In this document: piece after piece, positions 1 to 13,200 of the stretch
Layout of the letters: each line of letters starts with the position of its first letter
Position numbering within the stretch: the first letter of the stretch is position 1
Assembly: GCA_013239625.1 (NCBI GenBank)
Contig: MU054117.1
Coordinates: 1,734,011 to 1,798,010, forward strand
DNA: 64,000 bases
Origin: Lama guanicoe
Taxonomy: Eukaryota
Reading direction: 5' to 3'
Position numbers and translations under genes: made by a program
Notes under the pieces: generated by a model
Database searches by the model: none
Seen by the model: only the letters and a program-made list of their open reading frames with translations
What the model was told of the DNA's origin: nothing

Positions 1-266
1 AACACATCAAAGGCATCTGTACAATCAACCACAATGGAACTTTACTATCAATGAATATGTTATTCGTCCTAAGGTCAGCTCTGCAAACTTATTAATTACT
101 GAAATTATATATAGCGTTATTCAGTGCCATGCTAATGCACAATCAACCCAAAGTGTAAGACAGGTAGGCACCTGCACCTGAGAAACTCCAAGGCAGATGA
201 CAGTGTGGAGGCTCCAGGATTTTAAAAAAAAATTTTAAAAAAGCAAGAATGCAATTAACCATATTA

Positions 267-345
267 TAAGATTGAACCAAATAAAACTGTCATGTTTGTT
301 GGCCATAATGGTTGAATATAGGCCATGTCGTATGAGTCAACCTAA
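267..345. mobile_element. MADE2-like mariner MITE
   Basis: ~80 bp with degenerate terminal inverted repeats TAAGATTGAACC...GAGTCAACCTAA, resembling the MADE2 consensus. Confidence 0.65.
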
Positions 346-876
346 CTAACGTATGACTGAATTATTTCCCTTTTCATTTTTTCCTCCCAGTAGTTTGGAA
401 GATACCTTGTTTAATTCTGTAAGTTGTCAAACAACATTCTTTAACTTATACCTAGTGTCAGGATCTTCAAAGTGCCTTACAATTGAGCTTAAAACATGTT
501 TACCACCTTCCAAACCTGTTTCTTGTTAAAGTTATCTGGAGACTGATTATTACTCCCTTTTTTGACATCACAGGTTGTTGGTCATAAGTTCCCTTCATAG
601 TCATGCTTACAATTTTAACCATTTCATATCTATTATCAGTCATTATAAAATGACTTCAATTCTTGATGCCTTAATTCTTGTTTCAATACTCTAAGTTCCT
701 TGAGCTTCTGGCTTCTAATATTGGGAGTGAAGAGTCATTTCAGATCTCTGGTAAATAACACTATTTCTCTACATGGGTACTTACAGGATGCCCTTCCCCC
801 ATTCTTTAAAGTGCAATTATTTTGCTAGATTCTTTGTCTAAGATGTGGGTCTTTTCTTGATTTTTGACTAGAATGA

Positions 877-920
877 TTTATTTTTAATGGAGGTACTGGG
901 GATTGAACCCAGGACCTCAT
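877..920 (-). mobile_element. tRNA-Ala-derived SINE (vic-1 type), 3' fragment
   Basis: TTTTTAATGGAGGTACTGGGGATTGAACCCAGGACCTCAT is the reverse complement of the B box, acceptor end and A-rich tail. Confidence 0.8.
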
Positions 921-2654
921 CTGCTATTGTTTTCTTGAACTGCCTTCTCTATCCCTCCTTAAAATATTCTGGGATTCTTTCTCACATGCCAAAAGCCAAG
1001 TCTCCATGTATTTTACTGAATATGTTGGCATTTTCATTTATATTTTTGGATCCTGCATGATTCTTCTGGATTCTCTTCTTACATCCATGCTTTTTTCTTT
1101 TGGCTCTTTGTTGGACAAGGACAGATCTTCCAAACTCGGTGTTTATGGCCCCAAGGTATGCCACACATGTGGGAGTCAGGTAATTGAAATGGGAAAAAAA
1201 GTTGCCAGCCATGCAGCAAGAAACCTTAATGCTAGAGCTAAATGATCTTATTATTTTCTCTATGTAAAATATCACAAAGTCATTGCCAAATGAAAAAGTG
1301 ATCAAAAAAAATGAAGCCAAAAAACACGGGGTGGGGGAGGATTTAGAACTATGTCAGTTAATAAATGTTTTTTCCCCGGATTTTGCGATATTTTTGGTAT
1401 TAGTTCTTTTAAGTCTAATTTTTGTGATTTGTTCTCATTCTACATGAAAATTTATTCTCATAATTTCTTTAAAAAGCTATTTTTAGCGTATATTAAAAAT
1501 ACTGTGACTATAAAACAGTAACAGGAAATGATGGTGTGGGGGGACCATTAGTAACTCTTACAGATATGTTGACATAAAAAGTCAATGAAAGCCTTGCAAA
1601 AATAAATTCCAAATCAAAACGGCAGATGAGGGAGATGAGGGGTTGGTGGCACGGTGAGGGTGAGAGCGAAGTCATTACAGGTGTTTCAACATACACCCCA
1701 GAAAAAGAAAACAGGGAAAAACAGCAGTAGAAATAACATTCCCCAAAGCAGAAAAACATTTACTAGGGTCTGTTAACAATCCAACACAATGGATGGTGGA
1801 GAAAAATTTAAAACAAAACAAACAAGGAGGCCCATTCCTATAAGTTCACAAAACCAAAAAATATCCAGGAGATGGGGAGGAACATCAGCAGCACCATGGA
1901 GAAAAATGTATTAACAGAATCCTAAACAAACCCAGAATTCAAAGTTTACCATAATGCTTACTTTCTTATTAGCAAGATACAGACAAATTTTAAAGAGAGA
2001 GAGAGGAACACAAGGGATTCAGAAAGATTCAATCCATTAAGGGGAGAGCATACACACTTGTGCAGCATATTTAGAGAACAGTAAGTCCAGAATAGGGATA
2101 TAGAAAACTCTGAAAGAAGACTCAACATATTGGATGGGATGATGAAAAGAAGACTTCGAAAATGTATTAAGAGAAACACCAAGGCAACTGGAAACTACAA
2201 GAACAACAACGTAGTACAAACTAGTACAAAAAGGAACTGTATCCATACTACATGGCTCAGAGGTAGATACGAACAGTCAAACGCTGATTTTAACTTTTAG
2301 ACATTTTCAAAGCACAGAGGACAGGAAGTTAATATTAATCATCTTGATAGTTTAAAATACATATAATGAAGGTCAGACAGTAGAACTGAAGAGAAGATGT
2401 TAAGGGTGGTATTATCTTCATCTTACAAAATCTTTAGATGACCTAAAGTTGCAATGGAAACTAGTTAATCTCTGATCATTTCCATATCACCATTAGGACT
2501 GCTGTTGTATTATCATGATCTTCTTTTCTTTTAACGTAATGTTCCCTCAAAAATCCATCTTCTTATAAAACTTAAATTTATGGTTAAAATAAATCTTATA
2601 TTAGAATTCTCAAAGCCACTGATCTGAGGTTTGCACACCCATTCAAGGCCAAAA

Positions 2655-3325
2655 GATACATAAAAACAAGTGTTGACAAAGACTGGAACCCTAATTCATT
2701 GCTAATGAGAATGTAAAATGGTGCAATCACTTTGCAAAAGAGAGAAGCAGTTCCTCAAAAGATTCAATACTGAGTTACTATACGAACTAGCAATTCCAAT
2801 CTTCAGTATCAGCCCAAGAGAAACAAAAAGTATATATCCATACAAAAACTAGTGGTATTAAGGTTCAGAGCTGCATTACTCATAATAACCAAGAAAGTGG
2901 AAACACTAATGTCAACCAACTGATGAACAGATAAACAAATATGGTACATTTTGAAATACTACTCATTGTATGGATATTACATAAAAAAGAATGAAGTACT
3001 GATACATGCTACAACATGGATGAACCTTTAAAATACTCTAAGTGAAAGAAGCCAGTCACAAAAGGCCACATATTGTATTATTTCACTTATATAAAATGTC
3101 CAGAACAGGCAAATCTATAGAGACAGAAAGTAGGTTAGTGCCTGCCCTTAGCTGGAGAGGTTGGGGATAAAGGGTTTCTTCTGGGGGAGATGAAAATGTC
3201 CTAAAATTGATTGTTACGATGGTTGCACAACTCTGTGCATGTATTAAAAAACACTGAATTATATACTTTAAATGGGTGAATTTTATGGTATGTGAATTAT
3301 CTCAATAAAGCTGTTTTTTAAAAAC
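2655..3325 (+). mobile_element. L1M (L1MB-like) 3' end
   Basis: Typical L1 ORF2 end/3'UTR motifs (AATGTAAAATGGTGCA, ACAACATGGATGAACCTT, AAGAAGCCAGTCACAAAAGGCCACATATTGTAT), ending CTCAATAAAGCTGTT. Confidence 0.85.
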
Positions 3326-3914
3326 ACAAATGGAAAGTTAATAAAATAGCACAAACCATCATCAAATGGATTTAACAACTGCCATATTTAGTCTAACCTA
3401 CAGTCCCTCTAATCCAATGCTGATTCTGACAGTGTACACAAAGAAATGGTCTATTTCCTTTAGAAAAGATTACGGGGAGAGTCCTAAAGCCATAGTATAA
3501 CTCAACATGAAACTGTTATCTAAATCCTTTTAAAAACTGTTAACAGTCTCTCTTCTTTTTACCTGGAATAATTAGTTCTAACTGAACAGAGAAACAGTAT
3601 CCTTATTTCTGTCCTAAATTTACTATTTAGTTCTTTGTGGGTATCTCCTTATTTTAACAGACAACAGGAAGACCAATATGACTTCTTCTTTATAGTTTTA
3701 TAGTCTTTTCAGGTCATCCACCTTCGGTAACTTCTGCTTTATAAAGTTCTTCCATAAACAGCTAACAATTTGGTTATCTCAATAGTTCTAAAAATGTCTA
3801 GACCCCATAAATATTTTATTCTCTAAATACAGTGGGCTGGCTGATTGTGCTCTACTGCTTCAAGTTTATTTCTTAGACAGGAAGATGATACAGTGTCCCA
3901 GCCTTGTTTCTTAA

Positions 3915-4085
3915 TAATAAGTAGCTACTATGTGTTAGTTTACCAAGAACTAGTTACCATGCTAAAGAGTCCATATTTAATATGACTCAGTCTCAGTTAA
4001 TCTTTGTAATAGACCCTAGAAGGTAGACTCTATCATTAACCTCATTTTACAAATGAGGCTTTAGGTTTAGCTGGTATTTGATTCC
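3915..4085 (-). mobile_element. MIR SINE fragment
   Basis: CCTCATTTTACAAATGAGG core on the reverse strand. Confidence 0.55.
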
Positions 4086-4855
4086 AAATCATGTGTTGGA
4101 GTTCTACAGGACCTGATAAGACCTCCATGAATTAAAGTTAAGGATAAAGAAGCAAGTCACAGAATACTATGTTCATAATTTTTTTTAATGTGAATATATA
4201 TTTGTGTAAAGGCATGGAGAACTAGAAGCACACACAGATCTCTGAAATATATGGCTGCCTCTGGGCAAAGGAATGAAACCAGGAAGGCAGGGGCAAGAAG
4301 AAACTTCTAGGTTCTGTTGTAAACACTTATATATGTCTTTAACAATTAAACAGTTTAAATGTATTCCTATTTGAATCCTTTTTTCCTTATAAAAGTAACA
4401 AAATTATAAAAATAGGAAAATACAGTTTTATTAGCCAGAACTAAGACTACTACAGTTCTGCGCCAAGCTCACTCACCTTTAGATCTTTGTTCCTCCTCAG
4501 GCTGTAACACACACATTTCCTCCCCCCCCCCTCATGTGGCTAATTTCTTCCTCCAGGAAACTTCCCTTCCTCTGGGGCAACTAGAGGTAGCAAGTAGCAA
4601 TGTTTCAGTATTACCCAGATAATCAAGAAAGTTCCTTAGGCCTCGGGGGAGGTGGGGCAGGCAGTTTGGTGTAATGGGAAATCCTGTAATTCCTCTCCTC
4701 CGCTGTGGGCATTCCAGCTACAAAACCCGTGTAGAATAAAACTGCTATTTCCCAACTGAAGCCTGGAGGTGGGAGTGAGACATTATGACATGTTTTAAAC
4801 CTGGGCTAATAAATGACTCTTATATTGCCATTATGTATAAAAACACAAAGATTAA

Positions 4856-4995
4856 AAACAACAAACATTCTCTCAATTTAAGATTAGAAATGGAAAGGAC
4901 ATCTCATATTAATAATTAATGTTATAAACAACAAACATTCTCTCAATTTAAGATTAGAAATGGAAAGGACGTCTCATATTAATAATTAATGTTAT
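4856..4995. repeat. 70-bp tandem duplication (2 copies, 1 mismatch)
   Basis: 4856-4925 and 4926-4995 are identical except A4901/G4971. Confidence 0.95.
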
Positions 4996-6339
4996 ATACT
5001 TAAATACAACGTCCTAGGCTAAGCAAGCTACAAAAACAGACCATTTTATCCGCCCTCCTCAGTATCTTTTACAAAGTAAATCACTAATAAATACATGACA
5101 AACTAAAATGGCTCACCAAGTTAGGGTGGCAGGTTATGCATGAAATGTATCCCTTTTTAGAAAAAGGAAGCTCTCTCAGGCAAAGCATCTCTTGGTCAAG
5201 TATAAGTTAAACCAGAAATTACAGAAAAGCACAGATCTAGATTCTAGGTAAGTTAAGAACTTTTTGTATAACACAGTCCTTATCACATAAGTGTTACAAA
5301 GAACAAATATTTGGAACAGCATTCTGGTATTGCTAAAATTTTGTGTATACTCATGAAGATTTCCAGGTGGGTGGGCTTCACTATTTATTACTGACATTTC
5401 TAGATTTATTTTCCAAATTTGCTAATTACTATATACTATGGTACTATCACATCTACAACATTTACAAGAATCCCCCAACCCTAACAAAAACAAGTTTATA
5501 CCCTTTTTAAAAATATGAGACACTCTAGGGTTTAAAAAGATCATAAGACAATTGTCTCTAGCTCCTAATACAGCATATTTTCTTTAGTTTCCCAGTATAG
5601 CTTTAATTCATTTCCCTAAACAACCCCAGTTCTAAACCTAGCTCTACTAGCCAAATAATATCAAGCAAATCATTTCACCTATTTGGACTTTTATATCTTC
5701 ATCTCTAAAATTAGAAGGACACGATCAGGCAAAGAGAACCAAAAGATGTACTTTAGTTCCATTCCAAAAAAGAGAGACAGGAAGAAAATGAAGAGAAGGG
5801 AAGAGAAGGAAGGAATGGAAGGGAATGAGGGAGGGAAAGAAGAAAGGAAGAGAGAAAATAAACTAAACAAAATAACACTTAGGCTGTAAACTCATATCTT
5901 CCAATAATAAAAAAAAAAGTTTACACTAAAGTATGGGGGAAAAACCTAACAGCAAAACAAAACACTAAAGTGTGGGACATCAAAAGATTTCTGTTGTTTT
6001 AAACAGTGATCAGCAGTTTCCTATAAGGCCTATATCTCACAAAACATATTTCATTCAACCAAACCAGTTGCTACACGTTCCTATGAAGTCCATGACACAG
6101 CTTTACACACACATACATGGAAAGTGAAGACAGATTCCTAGGGAAGTATGTTAAATATGTTAACTATTTTTAAAAAAGAAAAGATAAACAGCAATGAGGA
6201 TGGCTTAGGGTAATGAAAAGTCTCCCTACTAATCTTCCTTTGTCCACAAAACTCAGCTAAGAAACCACTTTATTCAGAAAGTGGTTTCCTTTTACTCTGA
6301 CTTTCTCCCCATCCCTGAAGACTGACACAAGGAGCAGGC

Positions 6340-6775
6340 ATTGTCAAATGTCTACCAGCCATTCTCAAGCCCCCTTCTAACAACACTCACTTATTTGGTT
6401 CCAGTATCTATCTTGTGCTATAAGAAAAGTAGGCCCGATCTCCAGTTCAAGGGAGTGAATCATGACTGGCCTAAACCAATCACGGAGGTTCCCTATCAAC
6501 ACCTGATTTGGGCACGGGCATGAGACCACAACTCTGGCTAGTAAGACACGAGACAACGTGAAAGAAACCGTCTGTTCTACTGCTGAATGCTGTCCCCAAC
6601 ACATGTGTTGCTCGAGAATGCAACCATAAGGGGCAATGGTCCAAGAACTGCAAAGAGATGTTTGATGATGTAACTGAACCAACCTATCTGGAAATGCCCT
6701 ACCTCTTATGACAGATTGTGTATCTATTCACTAAAGCTGGCTTTTCTGCTACTTGCAGCCAGAAACATCCTGAAA
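6340..6775 (+). mobile_element. MaLR LTR (MLT1I/J-like)
   Basis: TGGCCTAAACCAATCA, GGGCATGAGACC, and the 3' end CTACTTGCAGCCAGAAACATCCTGA. Confidence 0.55.
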
Positions 6776-8394
6776 GTTTTCAGTGCCTTCAGAAGACACT
6801 TTATAAAAGTAGAACTATCACTAAAAATACTATCACAGGACTTTTCACAGACTATTTGCAACTTAGAATGGCTTCTTGATCTTTGCACAGTCTAAACTGA
6901 GAGTATATCCTCAGCACGTGCTTGTGAATGACTGTGTTAGTGCCTGCGTGCAAGGCAGGAAGGAGATGAAGCTAAAAATGCTGGCTGGAGCAAAAACCTG
7001 ACCAAACTAAGAAATTTAGACTTTATCTTGTAAAAGGCTAGGATTTCCCAAAATGGTGTCACACAGAACACTGTTCTGACATGTTACAAGATATACCAAG
7101 AAAGAGTACCAAATGCATTTGGAAAATGTTGATAAAACTAGGTTAAGCAGGTTTCTTCAATGCAGGACAGTTTATGAACAATATGCATACAATGTGCAAC
7201 ATGCACTCAACTCCCCAGTATGAGTCAACAAAAAGCAATTTTTGGCAATGGAAAGTAACGTGAAACGTCAAGTTAGTTTCATAAAAATGAGACTGGCGGC
7301 AGCACAAAAACAAAAGATGTTTACAGATGACTGGGTGAGGTAGTACAGTGGGTACATGCAAGGGGTAATGCAGCTGGATGCCGAAAGTCAGATTATCATA
7401 ACATCAGGCTGAAATAACGGCCTAAATTAAGGCAATGGAGATTGAAAAGAGAACAGAAAAGAGATTCTGAGATAGAATAGACAGGGTTTAATTAAGTGGG
7501 ATAATACAGATAGTAGAATTGGGGACAAAAATCTAAATTTTATGACTAGTAGTATGACATTATTTATCACACAATATTACAGTGGTTAAAAGTTATGCTT
7601 TAATTTCAACAGTGAAACATTCTGATTTCTTAAAATTCTTTAATATTAACTATACATAGTACACTGTCATGCTTCCCAATAACTAGAATGAAAAACCACT
7701 GGGTGTTTGTGCTACAGCTTTTTCCAATTTATAATTTGTATTATATTATGTTTGGTGCCACAAAAAAAGGAAAGAAAAGACCCTCTCCCAAAATGATGGG
7801 CCGTCTATGAATTTTACCTCCTCCCCTCCCAAACTGTTTCTGTTTCAGTCCCTACCCTTTCCTTCACCCCTGGTTTCACTCAGGATCCTCTTTCATTATA
7901 ATGCCTTAATTGAAGGGAGCATGCGGTCTTCCTATCTGAGCATTTACCTAGTAAGTACTCCCACAGAAAGTGTTATAAACAAAGGTTAAAGTCTAAACAA
8001 CTATTAAAGTTACTGGCACCAAACAGATAAATGTGTAGCATTTAAAAGGTTTCTCTTCCACTTTTAAATAGGCTTCTCTTACATACGTAACATATTTCAG
8101 ACACTGTGGCTATCGGCTTTTGGTAGCTCTCCCAGGAACAATCATTTCTAGTACTGGCAATATAGGCCTTTTTCACTTACAAGTCAACAAATGACCCACA
8201 AACTTTTAGCATATGATCCATGTGTGCGTAAGCTGATCTCATGTTAGCAGTGTGTAATTATAAATTTTATTTTACTAAATATCTCCATAATGTTTAATTT
8301 CCATGTATTACTACATACAGTAACTTTTTTGTTTTTAATTTTAAGAGGCTGATGGGCAAGGACAATCTCTCCTGAAACAGCAGGTCCATCTCTT

Positions 8395-9030
8395 TATAGT
8401 TTTATGCATCAACTTGGCTACAGTACCCACTTATTCAATCAAACACTAATCTAGTTATTTTACTGTAAAGGTATTTCGTAGATGTGGTTAATATCTAAAA
8501 TCTTTATTTAAATAAAGGAAACTATCCTCAATAATGTAAGTGGGTCTCACCCAATCATTTGAAAGGTAGTAAGAGCAAAACTAAGGCTTCCTGAGGAAGA
8601 AGAAATTCTGCTTCAAGACTGCAGAATCAGGTCCTGAAAGAGTTTCCACTTACAGACATAGAAAACAAACTTATGGTTCCGGGGGGAGGGTGGGGGTTTA
8701 AATTGGGAGTTCGAGATTTGCAATAACTAACTAATATATATAAAAGAGATAAACAACAGATTATACTGTATAGCACAGGGAATTATATTTGATATCTTGT
8801 AGTAGCTTACAGTGAAAAATATGAAAATGAATATATGTATGTTTACGTATGACTGAAGCATTATGCTGTACACCAGAAATTGAGACAACACTGTAAACTG
8901 ACTATACTTCAATTAAAAAATTTTTTTAATTAAAAAAAAAGTTTCCAACCTGATGGCCTGCCTTGCCCTGTAGGTTCTGAACTTGCCAGCACCCAAAATC
9001 ATGTAAGACAATTCTCTGAAGTGAAATAAA
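8395..9030 (+). mobile_element. MLT2-family ERVL LTR, interrupted by a young L1 fragment
   Basis: TTTATGCATCAACTTGGCTA...GTGGGTCTCACCCAATCATTTGAAAGG...GAAGAAATTCTGCTTCAAGACTGCAG; resumes after 8947. Confidence 0.7.
8649..8940 (+). mobile_element. Young (camelid/artiodactyl) L1 3' end
   Basis: L1 3'UTR (CAGACATAGAAAACAAACTTATGGTT...TGCTGTACACCAGAAAT...CTATACTTCAATTAAAAAA), A tail, TSD AGTTTCCA at 8641-8648 and 8940-8947. Confidence 0.85.
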
Positions 9031-9041
9031 TCCATAATAGG

Positions 9042-9160
9042 TGACACTGTGATTCACAATGATACACATTTGATCTTTATCCCTATTCCTGGCACACAGA
9101 CCCTAACGCCCTTGGAATTTCCAAAGTAACTTTTTAAATGTCTTTTGTTATATTAACATA
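9042..9160 (+). mobile_element. MER21-like LTR 5' fragment
   Basis: TTTGATCTTTATCCCTATTCCTGGCACACAGACCCTAACGCCCTTGGAATTTCC; homologous to the end of the 17270-18020 element. Confidence 0.6.
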
Positions 9161-9161
9161 A

Positions 9162-9310
9162 CACATATATATGTATACGTATATGTATGTATATGTGTGT
9201 GTGTATATATATACATATATATATATTATATATTTTATATATATCTAAATATATATATATATATATATTTAGATATATATAAAACATATATATAAAAATA
9301 TATATAAAAA
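9162..9310. repeat. (TA)n-rich microsatellite
   Basis: Imperfect TA/TG dinucleotide run. Confidence 0.9.
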
Positions 9311-9743
9311 ACAACAAGAGTTCCAGGAGGAGCAACGGAGGAAACTGAGGGTAAGGAATAAAGCCACATTGGGAACACTCTTGGAAATGATGGCCCATGA
9401 ATTTCCAGACACAAAGACCCACATGGACCATTATCTACACTGAAGACTAAGCAACTGCCAAACTTTACATGTGCCTAACTTCAGCTGGTATGAAAAGTCA
9501 TCATTTGTTCCTTCCTGGCTGAGAATGAACACTATGATCAGAGCTATTGCTATTACTGACACTGTTAACAAATAATGGCAAGAACCAAAATTCATAAGCC
9601 ACTACATTGTCATTTTGTGTTAATATTTAGCAACTTGCTCCTTGATTTAACAAGTTAAAAAAAAAAGGACCCAACTTCAAATTTATACTCTGAATTTTTT
9701 TTCCAGAGTAGACTGTAAAGCACCTTTAAAAAAAATGAAATAG

Positions 9744-9834
9744 TATATATGTTCATGTATGACTGAAAAATTGTGCTCTACACCGGAATTTGACACAACA
9801 TTGTAAAATGATTATAAATCAATAAAAAAATTTC
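9744..9834 (+). mobile_element. Young L1 extreme 3' fragment
   Basis: GTTCATGTATGACTGAAAAATTGTGCT...ACAACATTGTAAA; 15-bp TSD AAAAAAATGAAATAG at 9729-9743 and 9835-9849. Confidence 0.85.
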
Positions 9835-11190
9835 AAAAAAATGAAATAGAAAATATAACTCATCACTAGTAGGTATTCTGTGAAACTTTGAATGGGCGTA
9901 TGTGCTGGGTCATAATGTAAATATATTTCTTGGAATGGGGCTAAGTTTAAAAGATTGGAAAGCCACTGCAAAGTAGTCTATCTATCGCAAATCTATGATA
10001 CATTTAGTAACTGGAAGTGTGTTGGGGGAAATCAAACTGAATCAAAGTAAAAATCCTCCTTTTTGGTTGTTCAAGAGGTAAGAAGCATATTTAAGCAATA
10101 GCCTGAAGCAGAAAGAATCCTTAAACAAATCTACCACTCCCTTTACCAGTAAGACAACGCAGTAACCCAAGGTCATTCTTCTGTAGTTAGCATTAGAACC
10201 AAGTTTCCCATTCTAATTCTCTCTGCACTCAATTAGGCTGCAGAAAGCCACTTTAAAAAACGTTATTAGCATTTAAGTGCTAATTCTGAATTTCCTATTT
10301 CAGTTTCCAATAACCAAAAGAAACTGCAGTTTAACACATGCAACCATTTCCTCAAGTACTATTCTACTAGATTAATGACCACACCAGCTCTCCCATTAAA
10401 AGCTTTTTTCCAGCTAGTTACTTGGTACTTAGCTTTTATGGCACTTTTCTTTTCCCATTATGCTCAACAGTGCATGCAACACACTAACTTTAGGAATGCA
10501 ACACACTACTTTTGAAAGTGCATGGCCGGGGCCATAATATAAGTGAAATTTCCCCGAACTTCTATATTCAGTCCAAATTTTAGAAGCATAGTGCTACAAA
10601 ATCTAATTAAATCAGACCATATATTTTTTGTAATCTGTGTACCCCTCACTCAGCATGAAACATTGTAAATATTTTAAGGTCTCATTCAGAACAATAAAAC
10701 CTGGGTGAATATGCAAAATACTTCACTCCCATCTCCTGACAAATCTTCACCAATAGCTGAGTCAGTAAGAAAAGAGAAGCAGCATGTAAGGATTGAAAGT
10801 CTAAACAAAGTGATCTCTCTATGAAGAGCAAGAAAGATTAAACATTGCAAGTTGGGGGGCAGATTATCACCACTTCACACTACAAGTAAAGATTAATTTC
10901 CACACCCTCTCTCCTAATATCCATAATTAAGTCATAATGTTATTGGCAAAGAACCTCCAAAAAAGATGCCTCAAAATACTTCTATAAAGAACATTAACTG
11001 TTCATTCTTAAACAAGCCTGTTAATGATTACCAACAAAATATCAGATTTAAAAAATTGCTAAACACTGGGAATGGGAGAGATATAAAGTTACTTCTGAGC
11101 CTTATGCTAAGTAGTCAAACCAGTGCAGTACCATAGAAATTTCAAACGAATGCAGGGAGGAAGAAATGGAAGCTGACTGAGGTGGTGTCC

Positions 11191-11198
11191 TGCGCGCG

Positions 11199-11240
<42 letters not shown>
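11191..11240. repeat. (CG)7(CA)17 compound microsatellite
   Basis: Read directly from the sequence. Confidence 0.95.
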
Positions 11241-11241
<1 letters not shown>

Positions 11242-11346
11242 CATCAAATGCCAGATTAACAATTGAAAAATTACTGATTTGATCTTTGGGTCACATAAAC
11301 TATTCATTTTAGTGTTCATAACAAGGTAATTATAAAGTTCGAAGAC

Positions 11347-11396
11347 TACAACATTGTAAATTAACTATAGTTCAATTTTTTTTTAATGGTTAAAAA
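11347..11396 (+). mobile_element. ~50-bp 5'-truncated L1 tail
   Basis: ACAACATTGTAAATTAACTATAGTTCAA; TSD AAAGTTYGAAGAC at 11334-11346 and 11397-11409. Confidence 0.7.
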
Positions 11397-11469
11397 AAAG
11401 TTTGAAGACAAACATGCTGTCTTTTAAAACAAGAATGAAAAGGAAAAAAATAGAAAGAAACAAGAATGA

Positions 11470-11620
11470 CCTGAGCTCAACTCCCACGACTATAATCTGC
11501 TAGTTGTGATCCGGGCAAATTATTTAATCTCAGCCTCTTCACCAGTGAAATAGTGACTGATCTCTATTTGTCACAAGACTTAAATGAGAATGTATGTAAA
11601 ACACAGCGTCTGGTCCATAA
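11470..11620 (+). mobile_element. MIR SINE fragment
   Basis: CTAGTTGTGATCCGGGCAAATTATTTAATCTC...TTAAATGAGAATGTATGTAAA. Confidence 0.6.
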
Positions 11621-12079
11621 ATAGTACCAAACCCCTACCCCTCTCAAGTCCTTTAAACACAAACACACACTTTGAACTTTTCATCAAACTTCTCATTAGA
11701 CCCTAGAAGGAGTCACTAATGAAAACACAACTTGTCGTAGTAAGACAGAAATTTAAAGCAATCTGAATTAAAAACCATTCTATGTTATAAGAAACAGTAT
11801 TATTTCATGTGTCATTTACACCTCATCACATTAAGTAATGTCTTATTTACTCTCTAAATACTAATAAAGAAAATAGAAATGCAGGAATAACCACTAATGT
11901 AACTGCAAAAGTGAAATTTGTAACACTGATGAGGAATCATACATTTGTTAAAAATCTGTTTCTGTATATATGAAGTTACAATGTGAATCTTAATACTATA
12001 GCATAAATATGCCCATAAAACAAACCAATTTTTTAACATCAAGACCAGAAAAATAAGAAATTAACTTATTAACTTTGGA

Positions 12080-13200
12080 GGGAAGACTCACTGTAATTAA
12101 AAAAACAAAAAAACCCAGAATCCGTGAGAATACAAAAGAACTAGAAAATAAGCCACAGATTACAAAAAAAAATTGCAAAAGATAAACAAATTACCCAAAA
12201 TATATGATCTCTTAAAATTCAACAGTAAGAAAAAATCTGATTTTAAAATAGGCCAAAGACTTAAGAGACACCTCACCAAAGAGGATATACAGCTGGTAAA
12301 CAAGCATCAAAAAACCCCACGTACATCATCAGAGAAATGCAAATTAAAACAATAATGAGCTACCACTACACATCTATGGCCAAAATCTGGATCACCAACA
12401 CCACCAAATGCTGCCAGGGATGTGGAGCAACAGAAACTCTCATTCATTACTAGTGGGAATGCAAAATGGTACAGCCACTTTGCAAGACAGCTTAGCAGTT
12501 TCTTATCAATACAGTCCAGCAATCATACTACCTGGTATTTACCCAAAGGAGTCGAAAACTTATGTCCACACGAAAAACAGCACAGAGGTGTTCAGCAGCT
12601 TATTCATAATCGCCAAAACTTGGAAGCAACTTAGATGCCCTTTAGAGGTGAATGGATAAATAAACTGGTATACACAAACAATGGAATATTATTAAGCACT
12701 AAAAAGAAATGAGCTATCAAACCATGAAAAGACATAGAGGAATCTTAAATGCTATTACTAAGTGAAAGAAGCCAATCTGAAAAGGTTATGTGTACTGCAT
12801 GATTCCAACTACATGACTGTCTAGGAAAAGGAAAACTATGAAGACAATAAAAAGATTAGTGGTTATCAGGGCTAAAGATGGGAGAGAGATGAATAAGCAG
12901 AGCAGAGATTTTTAGGCAGTGAAAAAATGCTGTGTCATAATAATGGATATGCAAAAATACTTTTATCCAGGCCCATAGAATGTACAACACCAAGACTGAA
13001 CCCTAAAGAAAACTATGGATTTGGGATGATTATGATGTGCAGGTTCATCCTTGGTTTAAAAAAAAGTGCCATTCTGGTGAGTGATGTTGCTAACAGGGGA
13101 GGCTATGCATGTGTGGGGGCAAGTGGTATAATGATAAATCTCTTTACCTCTCTTTCATTTTTGCAGTAAACCTAAAACTTCTCTAAAGAAAATTAAGTCT
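12080..13200 (+). mobile_element. L1MC-like 3' region
   Basis: Decayed ORF2 C-terminus (GMQNGTATL, ILPGIYPKE, IIAKTWKQLRCP) and 3'UTR ending AAACCTAAAACTTCTCTAAA. Confidence 0.85.

Noticed and set aside
360..2450. Probable very old L1/HAL1 remnants
   Set aside because: Too degenerate to assign a family, strand or boundaries by eye.
12173..12659. ORFs at 12173-12659 and 43359-44149 as genes
   Set aside because: They are decayed L1 ORF2 C-terminal fragments.
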